Source: Rhynchopus sp. YZ270_cl-10 (lineage: Eukaryota). Taken from it: 64,000 nt of DNA. This document shows positions 11,473 to 22,987 of this stretch, piece after piece. The position numbers were made by a program, and so were the translations under genes. Where the stretch lies: assembly GCA_964035575.1 (NCBI GenBank), contig OZ037835.1:1798001-1862000 (forward strand), read 5' to 3'. Below the pieces are notes generated by a model, which searched no databases, was not told the origin of the DNA, and was given only the letters and a program-made list of their open reading frames with translations. The first letter of the stretch is position 1. Every line of letters starts with the position of its first letter.

Positions 11473-12639
11473 GTGGAAACCCTGTACACTTTTTTTTTTT
11501 GCCCACTTTTTTTTTTTCTCCTCCCTGAAAAATCCGAGCGGGCGGGGACAAGAAACAAAAGAAAAAGTGAGAGTACCCTAATATAAAAACAAGGGAAATA
11601 TTCATATTGGAACCAAAACTTTGGGGAACCGGTCATTTCGGAACCGGGAACCGGTTCCCGGGAACCATACGGGGGGAACCAGGGAACCGGTTCCCGGAAC
11701 CGGTTCCCTGGTTCCCGTGTGGTTCCCCCTGTGGTTCCCCTGTGGTTCCCGGGAACCGGTTCCGTGGTTCCCGGGAACCGGTTCCCTGGTTCCCCTAAGG
11801 TTCCCCCTGTGGTTCCCGGGAACCGTACGGGGGGAACCGGGGAACCGGTTCCCTGGTTCCCCAGGTACCCAGGTACCCAGGTACCCAGGTACACGGTACA
11901 CTGTGTACAAGGAAAAAAGTCGTGAAAGAGCAACCACAGCTCCACATGACAAACACAAAAGTGTCCAGTCACGTGGGGCATTCATGCACTGAGGAGATAA
12001 TGTTCCAACAATTTACAAGAAAGATTACTTAACCTACTGCTGGAAATTGCCAGGTCGTAGTAACACACAAAGTGTGCCTCCGTTCGGGAAGACCGGATAT
12101 TCTAGAGACCAAAAAGGCCTCAAGAATATCTTCCGGTAGTCAAGGTAGAACCGAATGAACGGCCCAAGACCCCCGTGGAGAAGTTAAATGTTGTAATGCT
12201 ATCAAGTAGAAACTGCGACCACTGTCTTACCCTCCTCAATGCATGGTGGTTGATGTCCACAACAAATTTCCTGTACCCAGGTACCCAAATTCCCAGTGTG
12301 AGTGACCCACACATGAGGGAATGCGACACTACGCAAAATTTACCACCAGACCCTGTCTTCGTGCACCTGAAGTACAACGCCACAGACAGGCCAAACATGC
12401 GTTGGACTCAGAGGAATGCCCGCTGTGCAGGTATCATGAGAACCAACTCCCAGCAACAAGGGGCGCCTTTTGGCGGGCGTTGTTGAGGGTGTTTGGGGTG
12501 CAAAGTTTTCCACAATTTTTATGCGCGGGTACAGAAGTGTTATCTTGTTCTTTCATCTCTAGGAATGTAAATGTCAATCGCGTTTAACTACCACTAGGGC
12601 TTGTTCAGTGAACCCACGAGGGGTCGAAGGGGGTTGGTT

Positions 12640-13065
12640 ATCCCGTATCTATCAAAGGTTGTGTCGACCAGGCTAAACCACTATGTTACGCTGTACGTTG
12701 TTAAATCCGAAGAAATAACACTTTAGCAGCCGCAGGAAGTTTGCTAAAAAGAGTGCCTCACGCTACACAAACCACCACCCGCGATTGACTTAGATGTTAT
12801 AACAAAGAGAATTCAGAACAAAACAACACCCTGCCCCATACACACTAAATTGTCATGCTTCAAGAGCATGCCTGGGCCAAAATTACTGTGACAAAAAAGG
12901 CAACAAGACCACCCACAAGGAGTGTGAATTGTGCACTGGTTTTCTGGGGGAACGCAATATTTTCTTGTGCCTCGTCCTCCGTAAGCAGAGGACAGACTTT
13001 CCGGAAGGTTTCCAAAGTCGAATTTCTTGCACTAGCTATGCTCCCTGGGTTAAATGGCTATAGCA
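12640..13065 (+). pseudogene. Degenerate piggyBac-like transposase C-terminal remnant
   Basis: KGCVDQA(N)HYV at 12654 resembles the piggyBac GGVD motif. It is followed by the Cys-rich RACLGQNYCDKKGNKTTHKECELC...IFLC. A homologous inverted copy lies at about 49945-50760. Confidence 0.45.
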
Positions 13066-13489
13066 GTGACTGACAAAATGTTCCCCCACCCTTCCACCCC
13101 CAGGTATTTCACCCGCAAACCAGAATAGACTGATGCGGGTGAACAACCGTTAAATTTTGAGTTGTTGAATGTCGGACGAGGCGAAGCTTCTTTCATCGCA
13201 ATCGCAGATACAGTCATATTTCACGATCCTGTATAAATGTGGGGTGTGATAAAGTTATGGTGTACAAACGTAGAAGTAGTTAGGTTAATGAAAAAAGTGG
13301 TGAAACACGGCGGACGAAAGCGTTGTACTATCAACAGAACCTTTTCAAAACTCACACTAAAACAGACACTAAAAAAATACCGCAAACCACTGGACGTCTT
13401 GTTGAATCTACACAAGTAACTGAAAGTTAAACACATTTACATACCTTATCTTCACCGTAACCTGTAAGCTGTCAAGGTGCCTTCTCTGA

Positions 13490-13957
13490 CCAGTACCCAG
13501 TACCCAGTACCCAGTACCCAGTACCCAGTACCCAGTACCCAGTACCCAGTACCCAGTACCCAGTACCCAGTACCCAGTACCCAGTACCCAGTACCCAGTA
13601 CCCAGTACCCAGTACCCAGTACCCAGTACCCAGTACCCAGTACCCAGTACCCAGTACCCAGTACCCAGTACCCAGTACCCAGTACCCAGTACCCAGTACC
13701 CAGTACCCAGTACCCAGTACCCAGTACCCAGTACCCAGTACCCAGTACCCAGTACCCAGTACCCAGTACCCAGTACCCAGTACCCAGTACCCAGTACCCA
13801 GTACCCAGTACCCAGTACCCAGTACCCAGTACCCAGTACCCAGTACCCAGTACCCAGTACCCAGTACCCAGTACCCAGTACCCAGTACCCAGTACCCAGT
13901 ACACAGTACCCAGTACACAGTACCCAGTACCCAGTACCCAGTACCCAGTACCCAGTA
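13490..13957. repeat. (CCCAGTA)n microsatellite, about 66 copies
   Basis: Directly visible, with two CACAGTA variant units near 13900-13920. Confidence 0.99.
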
Positions 13958-14710
13958 ACGGGGAACCACAGGGGAACCACACGGGAACCAGGGAACCGGT
14001 CCCCGGGAACCGGTTCCCTGGTTCCCCCCGTATGGTTCCCGGGAACCGGTTCCCGGTTCCCCGGTTCCCGGTTCCGAAATGACCGGTTCCCCAAAGTTTC
14101 GGTTCCAATATGAATATTTCCCTAAAAAAAAAAATAGCTATTTTTAACCGACAAGAAAAGTTTGCTTTGCGCGAGGGTTTTTCTGAGTGCACACTCAGAA
14201 AACACGAATGCAATGAAAACGACTTTTTTTCGGAGGTGAAAATAGTGCTTTTGTTGAAATTTTCTGGCTTTGAGGATTTCTGAACAAGATAAAACAATAA
14301 ACTCGCGTTTCTTTTACTCACAAATTGCCCAGCAGTGCACAGTACACTGTACACAGCAACACTCAGAAAGCGAACAGAATAAACCAGAAAAGTAAAAGTA
14401 TCGAGAAAAGTAGTTGAAAAATTTCCCGAAAAAGCCATAAAATTTCAACAAATGTGTTTTGTGTCGTGTCACCTCCCTCACAGAAGGGGTTATTTTTTTT
14501 TTTGTGTAATTTTTGTTGTGCGCTTTCACATCTCGTTGCTCCTTTTAGCACTGTATTTTTGAATTTTTTTTCACTTTTTTTTAGTTATTGGATTGAGTCG
14601 CTCATTCCATTTCAAGACCCCTCCACCCCCATTTTTATTATTATAAGACATGCGTGCATTTCTAGTGAAATTTTTCAGTATCCACGAGTCGTTTTTTCCC
14701 TCCCGTGCTC

Positions 14711-14915
14711 CCCATCTCTCGCACATACATTACATCTTCATCAGGAAAATTGTCAATTTTTCGTTCATTATTGTGAACAGCGTTTGGTGTTTTTCAAAAA
14801 AAAAAAAAATGTGACTGAGTGTGGGGATGCGTTCAAGAATTAAACTCTTCCCCCCAAACCCCCTTTCATCTCTAGTTTTCTTTATTCCAAACGTCGAGTG
14901 GACGCGTAATAATTT
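14711..14915 (+). repeat. Dispersed ~200-bp intergenic repeat (other copies at 36259-36465 and partial at 17988-18090)
   Basis: Shared CCCATCTCTCGCACATACATTACATC...GTGACTGAGTGTG..GATGCGTTCAAGAAT..AACTC...GGACGCGTAATAATTTT. Confidence 0.9.
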
Positions 14916-16529
14916 TATAGGTCAAACGCAGTTGACAATTGTGAAATACTACGGTCGCTCTAACTGTTTTCACCCTCATCTGTGTTCATTACATCTGTAG
15001 GTGGAAGCGTACAACAAACAAACTCACTCCCTGTTTCGTTTCCCGTTTTCCTGTGTGGGTGAAGATAGCTATTGACACCCGTAGTGTTTTACCTACAAAG
15101 CGTAGGTTAAAGGAGAAATAGTTCTTCCGATCTGGTCGCCAATCACAAAAACAGGAGGAGCAAAGAAGACAAAGGATCTGTTACGGAATTTCCAAAAAAG
15201 AAATCCTGAAAAAAACATCCTGGGAGCTTCAGAGAGACCTTTCGAATAAATGGATTACTTTTGGTTTGAAATTTATCCTCATTCTGTGTTTGGTTCATTG
15301 AAAGGCTTTTTTGTTAAAAAAAATAGAACTTAATGGTGTGTCCGACGGGGGGGTGCTATTATTGGGCTATTTTCTGCTTCCTTCTACTATTTTGGGGTCG
15401 TCAGCCACACCAAGACTTATGACTCCTGATACAAACCTTTCATTTCTTCGCAAAATTCTCTCTCTTTTTTATCCAGGCACCATGCCTGCACATTCCAGCA
15501 TGCATGGATATCAACTTCACTTCACTTCAGACCATTCAATGTAGGACGATATGTTCCTACAGCGACAGCGAAGGAAAATGACTTGACTTGCAGTTTTCAC
15601 TTTTATGATTTCACTGTTGAAGAAAGATGGGACCATTTTTGTTGATCCCTCACCATATACTATCAATTTATTGATTGCATATGATGAAAATACTGTTGCA
15701 AGCCTACGGTGCAAATCCACAACGTCTACCACAGAGGAGGCATAGTCATTTACACCATCGTAGCGACTTCTCCTTCCCCTTTCCTGAGTACACGCCACGG
15801 TATAGTCAGGGGGACCACTGGTGGCACAACTGGTCGTAACGACATAGTGTAAAATACGGCTACTGATGTTGCTAGTGTCATTAGTAATACGGCGAGTAGG
15901 ATTACTAGTCAGTGGGTAGGTGAGTACTGGGGGTGCTGTTTAATGTGTTGTGCGTGTGATGGATTTTATAAAAAAAGTACGCTAAATCAGAAGATTCAAA
16001 CAAGTAGTGCTCGAGGCGAAGTCTGTTGTGTTCATGTCCTCATTAAGTATCACTCCTTCGGGGTTGCGAGTCTTTGTGAGGCGTGTGTATCTCAGATTAG
16101 TTCAGGTTGGACTCACTGTGTTTGTCTTTGGGGACCTAAGGTTTTCAAACAACAAAACAGTCATGTTTGTATCCTTCCTCGTTTTCCATCACAAAACTTT
16201 GTTTTTTGACCCCTTACTTCCTTCCCAAAAGAAAAGAAAAAGAAGCAAAATTGTTCATATCCCTTTTAGTTCGCACTGTCCCTCACAGAATGCAAAAAAA
16301 GGGGTACTGGCATGAGCTCAGCAAGACTGCTCAGAACGCATGCCACCTGCCATATTTTGAGTGATTGAGACTTTTCAGTGTGGCGATGTGTTCTGCTTCC
16401 ATAAGGGCTGTGCATGAGACTTATTACAGTAACACCCTTCGGCAATACTACCCCCTCCCATTCATGTTTGTGATTTCCCCACCCCTCCCCGCAATTAAGT
16501 GAAAACGCACACCTTTGACCTTCGCCACA

Positions 16530-17110
16530 TCGATGACCCGCTGCGCCCCGCTTCCAGAAGTTGTTCGCAAGCAGTTTCTCCGACCATTCATTGGCAGTGT
16601 CCCTCGCTGGCTTGCGCTTCAGCTTTGTGACGTAGGTTGTAAAGCCTTCTGAACACAAGACCTGCCCGGACACCTTCAGGCGTATGAGTCTCTCGAGCGT
16701 CAACAGATGGGTTCCAAATCGGGTGTCGTCAGGAAGGAGAAGGGGGAGGTTTGCGACCGTCTTGAGAAGTCCCAGAAAGCGAGGACGTGCCCGAGCCCAT
16801 GCCACGAACAGTATGGCAGTCTGCAGTTGTGTTCGCCCACCTTGGCGGAAGCCTTCTGCCAATTCAATACATCTTCGAGGAAGATCGAGTGTATGGCACG
16901 TACAAATTGAACACAGCAGCTTCGGCACAGTAGCCGCAACCGCCGCGGAGCAGTCGGTACAGGCTCCATCGAGACATATGCGTGTACGACATTTTCGCGC
17001 ACCTCTTCGGGAAGGCTCTGCAGGGCTTCCCGTATGGATACTGCGGTGAACGCATGAGTTTTTTCCTGGGTGGAGACATCCTCGTCGCGGAAATGCCACG
17101 AGTCTCGGTG
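16530..17110 (-). pseudogene. hAT-superfamily transposase fragment (DUF659-type), frameshifted
   Basis: One frame gives DVSTQEKTHAFTAVSIREALQSLPEEVRENVVH. The adjacent frame continues ICLDGA...CTCHTLDL...LLLPDDTRFGTHLLTLERLIRLK...NFWK, matching the hAT CxxH and TRF motifs in the expected order. Confidence 0.8.
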
Positions 17111-17427
17111 AAGTGTGGCTCATTTTTATCGTTTTATCCTTTAACTTCTCATTTTCAGAGGTAACCCACGAAATGGATGCAAGACTGCATGGGTGTCCAC
17201 CCCCCCCGGTACAGCCGGTCATTGTACCAAGGGACACTGTTCACGAGAGGGCTTTGTATTTCAAGTCCACTTTCATTTCATCCGGATTGCAAAAAAAAGT
17301 GTCTTCTCAGGCTGTACATTGTACTCTTCAGTGGCCGTCCACAAGCCGTAGTGGGTGTCAGCCTTCTTATCAGTAAACAGCCACCAACACACCCCCACAC
17401 CCTCCACAGGCACAGAGCTTTATCTAG

Positions 17428-17961
17428 ATGGAGGTGTCGGTGGTGTTCACCCCTACAGGGGAGTCTTGCGTGTTAGAGATTACCGAGGATGAGACAGTGC
17501 GCTCGTTCAAGCGTACGCTCTGTGCCAGGTTCTGCCCTAGGGGTGAGGAGGTGCCTTTGACTGTGTGTCGTGAGGGTGTTGGTGGGGTCGTGCTTCACGA
17601 CGACGAGACGATGGCGGGGTGTGGCGTAGCTGGTGGGGATGAACTGCACGCGGCGCCGGCTCTGATGTTCAAAGCAGACCTGGGTGTCGCTACACCAGGT
17701 GTCGTGAGGTTCGCGATTTTTGGTCGTGTGTACGACGTACCCGAGGAGTGGGCGAGTGACGAGCACCCTGGTGGTGAAGATCTTATTGAAGAGGCTCGTG
17801 GGGCAGACGTTGGGCAAGAGTTTATGGACATCGCGCACTCCAAGACAGCGCGAAAAATGCTGGAAGAATTCTACATTGGTGACTACGCGGGGGGCGTGCC
17901 GGAGCACTTTGTGAAAGAAGGGGACCACCCAGCTGACCCAGCGTTTGATGCATTCAGTTGA
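17428..17961 (+). CDS. Ubiquitin-like domain + cytochrome b5-like heme-binding domain protein (177 aa)
   Basis: C-terminal IFGRVYDV...EHPGGEDLIEEARGADVGQEFMDIAHSKTARKMLEEFYIG has both axial His. N-terminal MEVSVVFTPTGESCVLEITEDETVRSFK...LHDDETMAGCGVAGGDELH follows the ubiquitin-fold pattern. Confidence 0.88.
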   Translation: MEVSVVFTPTGESCVLEITEDETVRSFKRTLCARFCPRGEEVPLTVCREGVGGVVLHDDETMAGCGVAGGDELHAAPALMFKADLGVATPGVVRFAIFGRVYDVPEEWASDEHPGGEDLIEEARGADVGQEFMDIAHSKTARKMLEEFYIGDYAGGVPEHFVKEGDHPADPAFDAFS

Positions 17962-18848
17962 ATATTATCCTTTTTTTACCACTTTTAGTGACTGAGTGTG
18001 AGGATGCGTTCAAGAATGAAACTCTTTCCCCCCAAACCCCCTTTCGTCTCTGTTCTTCTTTATCCAAACGGTGGATGCGTATTAATTTTTGGCTCGATTT
18101 TTTTAAAAGTACCGCTCCCCCGTGAAATTGTCCCCCCCCCAAAAACCGGTATTTTGCCCACGGACATTTTCAAGGCAGGGGGGGACAATTTCAAGGGAGT
18201 CGCAAACGTTTCGGAGTTTTTGTTTATTCCCCTCCTCCTCCTTCTATTGCGCACCTTGTTTCGGTACTTCATACTATGTATGCTATACTATGGGTTTTTG
18301 TTGTTGACATCCATTCTGGACGTTCTGGACGTTCTGGGGGTAAAAAAAAGTTATTGTTTTTATTTGCATGTCTGGTGTGGAAACTTTGCGCACCCTAGTT
18401 TCGAGTGCGAAACGTTTCTCCATGTATTGCACGGGAAACAATATGACAAACAGGTGCAGGGTGGTTCCGTGCATATCATAGAACCTGGCATCTTGTGTGT
18501 CTCCCAAAAAAACCAAAAGCGTTGTGTGTGAAGTTTTGAAGGAAAAATAAAATGTTCTTCTTCTTTTTTTAACTCTCTGCTTTTCATCTTTTTTCAAAAA
18601 CCTGGTCGCAATGTTACGCGAACTTTCCTTGCAGTCAACGCAGGGAAAGAACAATCAACGATGTGATACAGGATATGGGTGGTTCAGTGGTTCCACAGAA
18701 ACCGACACTTTTGGTGTCTACCAAAACTACAAAATAATTTTAAAGAAGAGAGTTTTTGAAGAGAAAAGGTCTCTCGTCCTCCTCACCCACAACCTCTGCA
18801 CAAAAAGAAACCAACACAAAAGACACAGCAACAACACACAAACACACA

Positions 18849-20493
18849 ATGCCGAAGCGACACGCAGACAGCACGCAGGACGAGAACCCACCAAAGAGAA
18901 GACAGCTTTGTACATACGACGTCTTCGTGGAGGCTGCCAAGAACGGCGACACGACTGCCGTGCGGGCGGTACTTGACAAGTACTGTATAGTAAGCAAGAA
19001 AATGGCCTTCGATGCTGCGCACGAGGCATGCAGAGGGAACCACGATGAATGCCTCACACTGCTTCTTCCGCATGTTGAGACAACGCAGATGGGCTTTGGG
19101 ATCCTGCTGAGTGAGTGTGTCCATGCATACCACGTTGCGTGCACGGAGGTCCTCTTGCAGCATTGGAAGTCCGTCTGCAACAATGTGTCGTTTGTCAGGC
19201 ACGAGTCCAAACACAGTGCAGGTCAGTCAGCGGGTCTCTGTCCGGCCATGTGGTCAGACCCTGCAGTGTGTCGTGTCTTGATTGATGCAGGTGCAGACTT
19301 ACATACAAAAAACGAGATCGAACAGTCGCCTCTGCACTATGTTTGCAAATCAGGAGCACTTAACATGGTGAAGATGTTGGTCAGAGGAGGTGCGGGAGTG
19401 CGTGACACAAATGACAAAGGACGCACATGTCTTCACGTTGCGGCACGTTGTGGACACACCGAGACTGTGCGCTATCTTGTGGGCTTGCCAGAGGTGGAAC
19501 TGAATCACCAAGACTCTGAAGATAAAGACACTGCGTTGCACTTAGCGGTGTGTGCGGTGCAAACAGACGTAGTGCAGGTGCTGATTGATGCAGGTGCTGA
19601 CATCGACACACAGAACGACTACGGATGTTCACCTCTGCACACTGCGTGTGAATCAGGAGAACTTTACATTGTGAAGATGTTGGTCAGAGCAGGTGCGGAA
19701 GTGCGTGCTACAAATGACATAGGATGCACATGTCTTATCATTGCGGCGTGTTCTGGACGCACGGAGTTTGTGCGCTATCTTGTGGGCTTGCCAGAGGTGG
19801 AACTGAATCACCAAAATGTTACAAATAACTACACTGCGTTGCACTATGCGGTGTGCGCGGTGCAAACAGACGTAGTGCAGGTGCTGATTGACGCAGGTGC
19901 AGACATCGACACAAGGGGAGACGACGGACGTTCACCTCTGCACACTGCTTACAATTCAGAAACACCTGACGTTGTGAAGATGTTGGTTGAAGCAGGTGCG
20001 GGAGTACGTGCCACAGACAACGATGGGTACACGTGTCTTATGTTTACGATGTGATCTGGACGCACCGAGACTGTGCGCTATCTTGTGGGCTTGCCAGAGG
20101 TGGAACTGAATCACCAAGACTCTGAAGATAAAGACACTGCGTTGCACTTAGCGGTGTGTGCGGTGCAAACAGACGTAGTGCAGGTGCTGATTGACGCAGG
20201 TGCAGACATCGACACAAGGGGAGACGACGGACGTTCACCTCTGCACACTGCTTACAATTCAGAAACACCTGACGTTGTGAAGATGTTGGTTGAAGCAGGT
20301 GCGGGAGTACGTGCCACAGACAACGATGGGTACACGTGTCTTATGTTTACGATGTGATCTGGACGCACCGAGACTGTGCGCTATCTTGTGGGCTTGCCAG
20401 AGGTGGATGTGAATCGCCAATAATTCTCCAATTAGCTACACTGCGTTGCACTATGCAGTGGAGCATGGGAAGATAGACGTGGTGCAGGTGCTG
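18849..20493 (+). pseudogene. Ankyrin-repeat family copy 1, disrupted
   Basis: Same MPKRHADSTQ start. In-frame TGA at 20052-20054 and 20355-20357, further stops and a frameshift near 20420, and truncation by unrelated sequence at about 20494. Confidence 0.85.
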
Positions 20494-20993
20494 ACGAGGG
20501 TTTCCGCGAGGGTTTGGGAGGGTGATATTTTGAAAAAAGGCCGAAAAAAAACGAGGGCCACCAAAAATGGGATAACTTTGGGTGGATTTTACCCCAATTT
20601 GGGTAATCCTCAATTACCCCACCTGTTAAGTACTAGTTACGTAACGACCTTTGTTCGCGAGAAAGCTAGGAATGGATCAGTATTCCTAAAATCCGGAGAA
20701 AGTGCAAAAATCAGAAGCAATAAAACAAAGCCACCTTTCCATGTTTGTGCTCCTCTCACCCCTCTGAGCCTGCTTTTGTAACATTCCACACACGAAAATA
20801 ATAAAACCTACATCCTCGAAACTTTTCTACACAAATGATTTCATTGAACGCATCCCCCGTTGCATGTGTTCTTCGTGTTCCGTTCCCTCAGAGGGTGTGT
20901 TGCATGTGTGTTCTTCGTCCTCTCTCCTCACCCACAACCTCTGCACAAAAAGAAACCAACACAAAAGACAGAGCCTTAATACAGAAACACACA

Positions 20994-22307
20994 ATGCCGA
21001 AGCGACACGCAGACAGCACGCAGGACGAGAACCTACGAAAGAGAAGACAGCTTTCTGCAGACGAGGCCTTCGTGGAGGCTGCCAGGAACGGCGACACGGC
21101 TGCCTTGTGGGCGGGACTTGAGAAGTTCAACCCAGATGGAAAGAAAGTGGCCTTCGATGCTGCACACGAGGCATGCAGAGGGAACCACGATGAATGCCTC
21201 ACACTGCTTCTTCCGTATGTTGAGACAACGCAGATGGGCTTTGGGATCCTGCTGAGTGAGTGTGTCCACGCAGACCACGTTGTGTGCACGGAGGTCCTCT
21301 TGCAGCATTGGAAGTCTGTCTGCAACAACGTGGCGTGTGTCCCGCACAAGTCCGAGAACAGCCCGTTAGCGTTTGCTTGTCCGGCCATGTGGTCAGACCC
21401 TGCAGTGTGTCGCGTCTTGATTGATGCAGGTGCAGACTTACATACAAAAAACGAGAGGAAAATGTTTCCTCTGCACTATGCTTGCGCTTCAGGAGCACTT
21501 GACGTTGTGAAGATGTTGGTTGAAGCAGGTGTGGGAGTGCGTGCCACGGATGAAGGGGGCTGTCTTGCCGTTGCGGCATATTCAGGACACACCGAGATTG
21601 TGCGCTATCTTGTGGGCTTGCCATATGTCGATGTGAAGTACCGAAACAGTGATGACTTAACTGCATTGCACTCAGCGGCAACAAACAAGGCAACAGACGT
21701 GGCACAAGTGCTGATTGATGCAGGTGCAGACATCGACGCAATGGACAAAGAGGGACGTGCACCACTGTACTATGCCTGCGCTTCAGGAGCACTTGACGTT
21801 GTGAAGATGTTGGTCAGAGCAGGTGCGGACTGTGGGGGAGGGAAGTGTCTTGAGTGTGCGGCACGTTGTGGACACACCGACATTGTGTGCTATCTTTTGT
21901 GCTTGCCAGAGGTTGAAGTGAATGACAGAGCTGTGTTACACGTTGCTGTGGCTAAAGCACGCACATGTATGATACAGGTGCTGATTGACGCAGGTGCAGA
22001 CACCAACACACCGAACAACTGGGGTTTGAATCATTCACCTCTGCACACTGTTTGCGAATGTGGAAGACTTAACATTGTAAACATATTAATTGAAGCAGGT
22101 GCAGGAGTACGTGCCACTGACACCAACGGATGCACGTGTCTTATCCTTGCGGCACGTTGTGGACACACCGAGACTGTGCGCTATCTTGTGGGCTTGCCAG
22201 AAGTGGAACTGAATCACCGAGACACTGAAAAGAACTACACTGCGTTGCAGTATGCGGTGCAGTACAACCACACAGACGCTGCACAGGTGCTGATAGATGC
22301 ATTGTGA
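20994..22307 (+). CDS. NLS-ankyrin repeat protein, copy 2 (437 aa, 9 repeats)
   Basis: Conserved family start after the CACACA leader, ankyrin xPLHxAC/TCLxxAA/TALHxAV repeats, intact ORF. Confidence 0.93.
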   Translation: MPKRHADSTQDENLRKRRQLSADEAFVEAARNGDTAALWAGLEKFNPDGKKVAFDAAHEACRGNHDECLTLLLPYVETTQMGFGILLSECVHADHVVCTEVLLQHWKSVCNNVACVPHKSENSPLAFACPAMWSDPAVCRVLIDAGADLHTKNERKMFPLHYACASGALDVVKMLVEAGVGVRATDEGGCLAVAAYSGHTEIVRYLVGLPYVDVKYRNSDDLTALHSAATNKATDVAQVLIDAGADIDAMDKEGRAPLYYACASGALDVVKMLVRAGADCGGGKCLECAARCGHTDIVCYLLCLPEVEVNDRAVLHVAVAKARTCMIQVLIDAGADTNTPNNWGLNHSPLHTVCECGRLNIVNILIEAGAGVRATDTNGCTCLILAARCGHTETVRYLVGLPEVELNHRDTEKNYTALQYAVQYNHTDAAQVLIDAL

Positions 22308-22987
22308 GGCTGCAAACTCTCACACCTCGTGACTTCTGTTACACCTGCATGTGTTAGCTGCGCTGAAATGGCGGTGTTTCAGTTGAACGGGGTTGGAAAG
22401 AAGCAGTGCACCTACTGCAGAAGCCCTGCATTTAGAGCGTTTCAAAGGAGCTTTTGAAGCGGCCCAGACCCACATCATAAGGCTTGCGTTATGAGTGGGA
22501 AGGGCAAGATGGAGAAGGAGAGGCACCACAGAGTCAATGGATGCAAGGTTGAATGAAGCAGACTCGGTCGGTTTTTTTTTGCTCTTTCCCGCAAACGCCA
22601 CTGCCACACACCAAGCAGAGGGCATGACTGTAGGAAAGACACGCTGAGGCGGTCTTCACTGCTGAATGTGACGTTGTTTAGATGTCATCAACAAAACAGC
22701 AAACGACGAATTAAGAAACAAGGCGTGCGTTAGTCCTTATACAGCTTCCTTCGCACTCCCCACCCCCTCCCTGAAGCCCTTTCCTTTCCCCCTCTCCCCC
22801 AGTAGACCCAAAACCCTGTTTGTAGAATACGGCAACCCCCTCCACGTGTACGTTTTTGTCATTGCGTTCTGCACATTCCTTCTGCAAAGAAGCTGTCCAC
22901 TGAATACCGTATCAACAACCCGTCGCTATCACTCTGCACCTGCGGACGCCCCAAAAACAACAGACACAACAACAATACAAACACACA

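Larger units (their letters stand above)
8660..11578. mobile_element. PIF/Harbinger-like non-autonomous element (outer shell of a triple nest)
   Basis: 33-bp TIR GGGTACTCWCACTTTTTCTTTTGTTTCTTGTCC (32/33), TAA on both flanks, and a subterminal direct repeat AAAAATCCGAGCGGGCGGG near both ends. Confidence 0.8.
11592..14123. mobile_element. Foldback-like element with long GGGAACC-rich inverted termini
   Basis: AGGGAAATATTCATATTGGAACC... at 11592 is the reverse complement of the sequence ending at 14123. Arms are >100 bp of GGGAACC/GGTTCCC repeats. No clear TSD. Confidence 0.7.

Noticed and set aside
11600..13957. Telomeric repeats (GGGAACC, TACTGGG arrays)
   Set aside because: Internal, embedded in an inverted-repeat element, and not a telomere unit I can confirm.
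13408..14438. Long ORFs with VLGTGYW / PVPSTQY repeats
   Set aside because: These are translations of the (CCCAGTA)n microsatellite.
14940..15840. Coding-like minus-strand stretch (possible helicase or TE relic)
   Set aside because: Interrupted by stops, with no motif I can confidently assign.
16266..17237. 323-aa minus-strand ORF as an intact gene
   Set aside because: Only its middle matches hAT, and the upstream motifs are in another frame, so it is called a pseudogene.
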